From the human T2T-CHM13v2.0 reference genome, Homo sapiens: a stretch of 64,000 nucleotides of DNA. Shown here piece by piece: positions 57,271-64,000 of the stretch (positions are counted from its first letter, which is position 1; every line of letters begins with the position of its first letter). The position numbers and the translations under genes are program-made. The notes beneath the pieces are model-generated. The model had not been told where the DNA came from. It saw nothing but the letters and a program-made list of their open reading frames with translations, and did no database searches. The stretch lies in NCBI RefSeq assembly GCF_009914755.1, contig NC_060935.1. One strand, given 5' to 3'.

Positions 57271-59443
57271 AATCCCTCCTTTATATACATCCTCTGATAA
57301 TCTTATTCCTTTATCTTCTTGAGTCATTCTTTTAAAGAGACAAGACTTGATTGTATAATTGTATTAGTAATAATGGGTCTTTGGCTAGCCTGTTAACTTT
57401 GGAAAATCAAGTTTACAATTTAAGTCTTTCTTGACATACTAATGACTAAATCTGATTGGAAGAACATGGCTTATTTTGAGAACTATAAGTAGGCCAGTAA
57501 TGGCTAAAGTATAGAGTATAATGAAAGGTGATATACAAGCCTTGAGAAGTATTCAGGTGCCAGACCATGCTAGGCTTGGTAAATCACAATGGAGAATTTA
57601 TTCTAGGGAGAAGGCAGTGAAGAACAACAAGATCAGTTTTGCGTTTTAAAAACTCGCTTTGGTTGCAGTGGAGAGAATGAATTGCAGTAGAACATGAACG
57701 AAAGCAGAAGGACCAAACGTAGCAGTCCAATAATGGGGCATAGGAGTCTGCATTAGGATAGCAGCAGAGGGGCATAAAGAGAAGTGGATAGATTCAGAAT
57801 ATTGAAGAGTAAATAATGCAGGAGAGTACAGAGAAAACAGCACCAATTTGAAAGTCAGAAGTTCTGGGTATCTGTCCAGAGTTGTGTGACCTTGGATAAG
57901 TCCCTTTATCGTAAAGTTATGTCTCAATTTGCTTATGTAAAAAATAATGGCTTATAACTAGATAATTTTCTCAGCTATTTTTTCAGCTATAAATATCTGC
58001 ACAAAAAAGAATTGAGGGTTAGATTTGGGTGATGGCAATGAAAATGGTTTTAATTTTATTTGCTCAAGTTATTTGTGATAAAATGCATAAAAATCAAAGA
58101 TACAAAAATCAATTCCAGGTTCACATTCAGGTGTACAAAAGTTCTTCGTAAGAGAAATCTAGAAGACAGATTGCTAGAAAAATTAGATTTGACCATATTG
58201 AAAAAGTTTTAATTTATTAAAAATCCAGACAATATTGATTAACTTCATAAACACTACTAAGTAGACAAAAAAGCAAACACAAAATAGCGATAATAATGAT
58301 ATCAGAAACAATACCATACCATTTTTAAAATTGGAAGCTTACGGTAATGTGGGATAGAAAAGGCAAACTAGTAAATTTCTACAATCGACTTTTTTGCCTG
58401 CTTAATACTTCATAAGTTCTTAGTACTTCTGTAGTTGGAATGCTGATTACATGGACAAACATATAATACAAGCATAATGTAAATTAAGTTAGGATCTTGA
58501 GAGGTGAAAATACTCTAGCAATATCATTTAAAACTTATATACACAAACATATTTAAAATTTTTAATGAATATACTTAATGCCACTGAACTGTATATGTAC
58601 ACATGGTTAAGATGGTAAATTTTATTTTATATTTTACTACACACAAAAAATTGTTTCAAGACTCTTCTTGAGAAAATTTTTGCCAACTATAAGGGGTAAA
58701 TAATCTATGAGAATATCACAGCCATAAGTAAACAAACAAATTAAGGAAGCTTCAGTAGTTAATTTTAAATGAGGTCAAAGTTTAATACTAACCAAAAGAC
58801 TTAGTTTTATGTAGTTTAGAAAATGATAATCTTGAGAATATGACTGCTTTAGATATACAGTCTCCAAATAAACTATTAAATAATAAGTGAAATAAACTGA
58901 AAAGTACTGTCAACATTCCACACCTGCTACCAATCCAAGAGAATCAACTCTTGTGTATTAAATGAGAAACACTCATTTGGCCAGGGTTATCCAGCTGTTT
59001 TCTTTGAAGTGATTTTATCAACAACATAACCATATTTCAGTATTCCTACAGGCACTGTGATAGAGCCTGTTGCATTCTATGATGAGCCTCTATGGCTTTA
59101 TATGGAATTTCAGAAGTTATATCCTCTGATCCTAGCTAACTTATATTATAGTTTATTAATGAATCTTGTCTTTTTTTGCTTACTCCTTTTGAGTCATTAT
59201 ATCATCTTAAGATGGACACAACGTTTAAAAAAAACGTGCTATAGTTTCCTTCTGAAGTAGATATTCTTAATCTTGTGTCAATGGAAGGGCTTTAGGAAAC
59301 CCAATGACTTAGGAAATATGCAAAATTGTATAAATTTGACCTCCCCAATCTCCCAGCTGGAAGAAAATCTACACAGCTTTGAACAGATTCTCAAAGGCAT
59401 CTATGACCCCCAAAAAGGTCAGAATCATTGTTCTGGAAGAGAA

Positions 59444-59500
59444 ATTATATTATATTATATTATATTATATTATATTATATTATATTATATTATATTATAT
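59444..59500. repeat. (ATTAT)n pentanucleotide microsatellite, ~11 units
   Basis: Directly visible. Confidence 0.95.
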
Positions 59501-60571
59501 GATGCAGTTAACTCTGTTGTTAACTATGTACACTTTTCTTTGTACAACTTGCTTGGATATTGATGTCTATGCTATTGTTGCTTAGAATAGTATTAAACTA
59601 TTATTTATCATCCATTATTATTTGTTAAGTGTTGCTAGGTTTTGAATGTAGCACTCCACTTAAGCTCATAATATCTTAAATACATTTACAGATGACAAAT
59701 TAAGACATCAATGTTAAACACACTGTCCAAAGTCATATAATTATTGTTAGAGTTGTTATTCAAAACAACTACTATATGCCAGAATTACCAAACACTCCAA
59801 CTCCAAAGTCTATCCTTTTCCCAATGTTTACATTATTTTTGTGGGGAATATTTTAAAGTGCCTTACAAACTAAGTTATATTATTGCAAAATATTACTAGA
59901 ATGTGCTGTATTCTATGTTTAATGTCCTAATCTACTTAACTAACTGACTGGTATGCTTTTATCAAGATATTTTGAGGTGCAGATTAAATTGTTGGCTCAA
60001 TAAATATCCACAATAAGGAAATACTGTCTTTGGTTTCCTTCTTAGGAAACAGGATATCTGCTGCTTGCTCCTTTCACTACTTTGAACTGTCATCATTAAC
60101 TACTACTGCTAGTCTTTTCTCTCCAGTCATGTCTGAGCTTCCATATTAACAGAATAATCATTTACAGCCATTGCTAGCCCATCAGAGAATCCATTCCCCA
60201 GTCATAATGCATTGACTAGTATCTTTGAATTATAAAAAAATTAGTACTTTTGAACATTTAAAGATCTCTGGCATTTGTTGGTAAATATTTCATATTTTCC
60301 TTCACCTGTATTTTCTGTCTGGTGCCTTTCTAGGAATTCAAAGATTTTAGAAGTTTCCATATCAATTAGCTGATACAGAGTTATAGAATTTCAGAAGAGC
60401 ATCACCAAAGTAGAGACTGTAGATATTTTTTCTTTTAGAAAAAGACTGAAAAGAAGTTGTTCTTTTAAACTATTAAGTATTTGGGTGAAAATTAGTTATT
60501 TCATAGCAGTTGCTCCTAGTTGCTTAGCCCACATTTACTTTCTTCTTCTTTCTTATTAAGAGATCTCCAAT

Positions 60572-61110
60572 CCCATTACTGGGTATATACTCAAAGGATT
60601 ATAAATTATTCTACTATAAAGACACATGCACACATATGTTTATTGCAGTGCTATTTACAATAGCAAAGACTTGAAACCAACCCAAATGCCCATCAATGAT
60701 AGGCTGGATAAAGAAAAGGTATATTGCACATATATACCATGCAATACTATGCAGCCATAAAAAAGAATGAGTTCACGTCCTTTGCAGGGACATGGATGAA
60801 GCTGGAAGCCATCATTCTCAGCAAACTAACACAGGAACAGAAAACTAAACACTGCACGTTCTCACTCACAAGTGGGAGTTGAACAATGAGAACACATGGA
60901 CACAGGGAGGGGAACATCACATGCCAGAGGCTGTCAGGGGTAGGGGGCAAGGGGAGGGAGAGCATTAGGACAAATACCTAATGCATGCCGGGCTTAAAAC
61001 ATAGATGACGAGTTGATAGGTGCAGCAAACCACCACAGCACATCTATACCTATGTAACAAACCTGCACATTCTGCATATGTATCCCAGAACTTAAAGTTA
61101 AAAAAAAAAA
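60572..61110 (+). mobile_element. L1PA8-10-like 3' end, 5'-truncated
   Basis: 'aaactaacacaggaacagaaaac', 'gcattaggacaaatacctaatgcatgc', poly(A); TSD aagagatctccaat (60558-60571) / aagggagctccaat (61111-61124). Confidence 0.88.
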
Positions 61111-61169
61111 AAGGGAGCTCCAATACTGTTCAGAGTAATTATGCAAAAAAAAAAAAAGACAATCTTTTC

Positions 61170-61515
61170 AGAGTGTCTTCTATCTACAGATAGCCATGTG
61201 ACATATTTCTAGCCAATACATTAGTCTGTTAGGAATTTTTGGAAACATCTTTGCTCTCCTGATATAGACATCCCTCCTCCTTTCTTTCCTCTTCTTCTGG
61301 CTTAGGTGTGTAAACTTGAGACTAGATATGAAACAGTAATATTACAATCATGAAACGACAAGCACGATAATGACATTTTAAAGGTACTGCATTAGAAATG
61401 AACTGCATACTTCCAAGACTTATTGTTAAGAGAACAAAAGACAGCCCACACTAGTTAAGGCACTAAAGTTAGACTACTGCAACCTTGTAGCAGAACATAA
61501 TTCTAATATGATACT
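61170..61515 (+). mobile_element. Degenerate MLT1 (MaLR) LTR fragment
   Basis: 'agccatgtgacatatttctagccaat', 'acttccaagacttattgttaagagaa', 3' end 'ctaatatgatac'. Confidence 0.5.
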
Positions 61516-61923
61516 GTCATTACCCATCACTACACTTCAAAAATAAAACCTTTTGCCATTCTAAGGTGGAATATCTTCAGTTACACACACACACCCCCTT
61601 TCAAATCAACTTTCTTTAACCATAACACATTTAATGTTGACCTCATTTAAACTATTTTTGCATAAAATATCAAGATTTCAAACAAATTACCTACATAATG
61701 AATCCTCAAGTGCAGGTTGAAATAGAATTGTTTATTTTAACCTAAAAGCTACCTTATAAAAGGATGCAATCACTTAGAAATAACATTTAAAAGTAAATTA
61801 AATCTCAGAGTTATGAGGCAATAATAGTTGTCTTATGAAAGACATTTACTCAATAAGAAAAAGAACACATTTTAGGAGCTCAGTTCCTACAAATTAAATC
61901 TGAACATACAGAGATATTTGTAC

Positions 61924-62088
61924 CTTTGGAATATGACCGTTTTGACTTAAGAGTCCCATTTCTTTTTCGACACGATGGAGCCAATTAGTATTCTCATCAA
62001 ATTGCTTCAATTCCTCCTCCCTCCTTTTCTCCAGGTAGGAGCGACGAGTTTTCAACATTGCAAGTCTATGATCTCGTTTTCCAGTGGC
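61924..62088 (-). CDS. KIF18A: KIF18A coding exon (exon 11): [55 protein letters not shown]; gene continues beyond the window
   Basis: Acceptor gtgtttcAG|GCC, donor CCA AAG|GTACAA; 165 nt, phase 0/0; overlaps ORF 61894-62097. Confidence 0.97.
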
Positions 62089-63424
62089 CTGAAACACGAT
62101 TCATTTAACAGTAAATCTAATTTTTATGATATTTGATGTACATGATATTAGTAAACTAGTATATTTTCTTATGTGTACTATTGTAGTAAATTAAGTTAGG
62201 CTACATTTTTGTATTTAAAGCTATTTCCCCCTTGAAATCTCAGAATACTACTGCTTGCAAGAAAATAGGAAATTGAGCTGTGAGTCATTTTTATAAAATT
62301 ACAGGTTGAGAGTTTATGGCTTTAAGAAATACAACGACCAAATCAAAGACTATAACTTTTTTTTTTTTTGGCGTTAAAGTACAGTCCCTTCAGTATGTTT
62401 CATTTGAAAAGTTCATACAAGGTCAGATACATTCCATGATCTCCTTACTCAAAATCAAAGCAGATGCATATATTGCTCTTGTCTTTGATGTGAAGAAATA
62501 ATGTGTTCTATTGTTCTGTGTTTGCCTATAAGGCCTCAAATTGGCTGATATAAATCACAGAAAAAAGAGCTTATATCAGAGTGCTTATCAGTATCTGATC
62601 TTGCCTGTAGCTTGGTTCAGGAGCCATAATGAGTATTCAAAATATTTTTGGTGTTTTACCTAGGCACAAATTGAAATTAAAATTAGTCTTTGATTTCTTA
62701 CCCTAAGGGTCTTGCACACTATCATGAAAACAATGGGCCAGAACATCTTGACGTCTCTGGGGTATTTGCCCACAGACACTAAAGTCAATAATTATCAGAT
62801 AGGATGGGTAGACCTGAAACAGTGGATCCCCAAAGGTTAAAATAAGCATTTGCAGCTGGTTCTGGAAGCAGGAAATCAAAAAAAAGAAGAGCAGAAACTA
62901 GATTTGAATTTGGTCGAAGAACTCCCCCTCTTTGGGAGATAAATATCTCTTAATTTTGACAAAAGATGTACTATTGAGACTTGGGCATATAATAGAAAAA
63001 TATGGTTATCTTCATCTGGATAGAGGATATGAGCTTATAAATGATTTAAGGTCAGGCAAAGGTGGCTATCATGAAGTCATAACCAAATCTTAGATATTCA
63101 TAAAATTTTACTTACCTTCCCCTCAAGGGAAATACAAGAGTCAGAGAGAAGCAGATTCCATTTCAGGCTAGAGTCATAGATAAGGGAAAAATAGTTGATA
63201 GCCACCGTCATTCTCACTAAGGTTCCTGACTCTTTTTTATGGCTTCTCTGGTTAATTATAATATCCTAGTCTCTGTCTGTCACAGTAAGACAGTAACAAA
63301 AACAAAACAAATGTCTCAAAGAAACAAAAACCTGGATAGTCAAGAAGAGAAAACAAAACAAAATGTAACCCATCAAACTGACCACAGCGCTAGGATGAGA
63401 ATTGTGACAGAATGCTACAATGCA

Positions 63425-63747
63425 GGCTGGGATGGTGGCTCATGCCAGTAATTCTAGCACTTTGGGAGGCTGAGGCAGGAGGACTGCTTGAGGCCAGAAG
63501 TGCAAGACCATCCTGGACAACATAGAGAGACCGTGTCTCCACACAAAAATTAAAAAATAAATTTAGGCTGGTTTCGTGGCATGTGCCTGTAGTTCCAGCT
63601 ACTTGGTGGGGTGGAGGGGCTGATGTGGGAGCATCACTTGAGTCCGGGAGGTTGAGGCTGCAGTGCAGTGAGCCATGACTGCATGATTGTGCCACTGCAC
63701 TCTAGCCTAGGCAACAAAGTGAGACCCTGACAGCAAAAACTAAAAAA
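63425..63747 (+). mobile_element. AluJo-like
   Basis: 'ggactgcttgaggccagaag', 'gttgaggctgcagtg'; TSD-like agaatgctacaatgca / agaatgctatcatgca. Confidence 0.88.
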
Positions 63748-63764
63748 AGAATGCTATCATGCAA

Positions 63765-64000
63765 AGGTTACCCAAGCATGGTACAGGGACCCCTAAGGAT
63801 TCCTGAGATCCTTTCAGAGAGTTCACAAGGTTAAAACTATCAAAACCATTTTTATAATATCAGGAAAATGTTATTAGTCTTTTAAAATTCTTGTTTGCTC
63901 ATACAGTTAGTTGCACAGTAGTTTTCTAGAGGCTAAATGATGTGTAACATCACAACAGAATAACAATTCAGCAGTTATGAGAATAGAGCTGATATGAAAA
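63765..64000. mobile_element. hAT-Charlie-type DNA transposon fragment (runs off the window)
   Basis: 'gattcctgagatcctttcagagagttcacaaggttaaaactat...ttttctagaggcta...atcacaacagaa...tatgagaat'; recalled similarity. Confidence 0.5.

Larger units (their letters stand above)
55811..57350 (+). repeat. Local direct duplication of ~290 bp (55811-56099 and 56914-57350, second copy interrupted by an L1 stub)
   Basis: Both copies run from 'gagtcatgtgattttagaga' to 'ttttaaagagacaagacttga' with long identical blocks. Confidence 0.92.

Noticed and set aside
59273-59585. ORFs with repeated IILYY
   Set aside because: Produced by the (ATTAT)n microsatellite.

Overview
Primate genomic DNA, almost certainly human: AT-rich and dense in Alu, L1, MER and MIR elements. 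The window holds the 3' half of the kinesin-8 gene KIF18A on the minus strand. Seven coding exons with GT-AG boundaries (62088-61924, 55177-55056, 51822-51587, 29334-28887, 28164-28057, 16520-16411, 13952-13870) splice in frame to 1272 nt, giving 423 aa plus stop. This matches residues ~476-898 of KIF18A as I recall the protein. A ~580-nt 3'UTR ends near 13290, followed by ~13 kb of repeat-rich downstream sequence. The MIR610 hairpin lies in the 22-kb intron. I see no novel multi-gene system. The most interesting signals are a clear L1 3' transduction (45934-46393), a MIR610 palindrome encoding the mature sequence on both strands, a near-perfect MADE1 carrying miR-548 and SETMAR motifs just past the poly(A) site, a three-tier nested L1, one target site hit twice by retrotransposons, a possible decayed coding exon in the last intron, Pumilio/CPE motifs in the 3'UTR, and several local duplications. 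Repeat subfamily names and exon numbers come from memory and repeat edges are approximate; none were checked by search.
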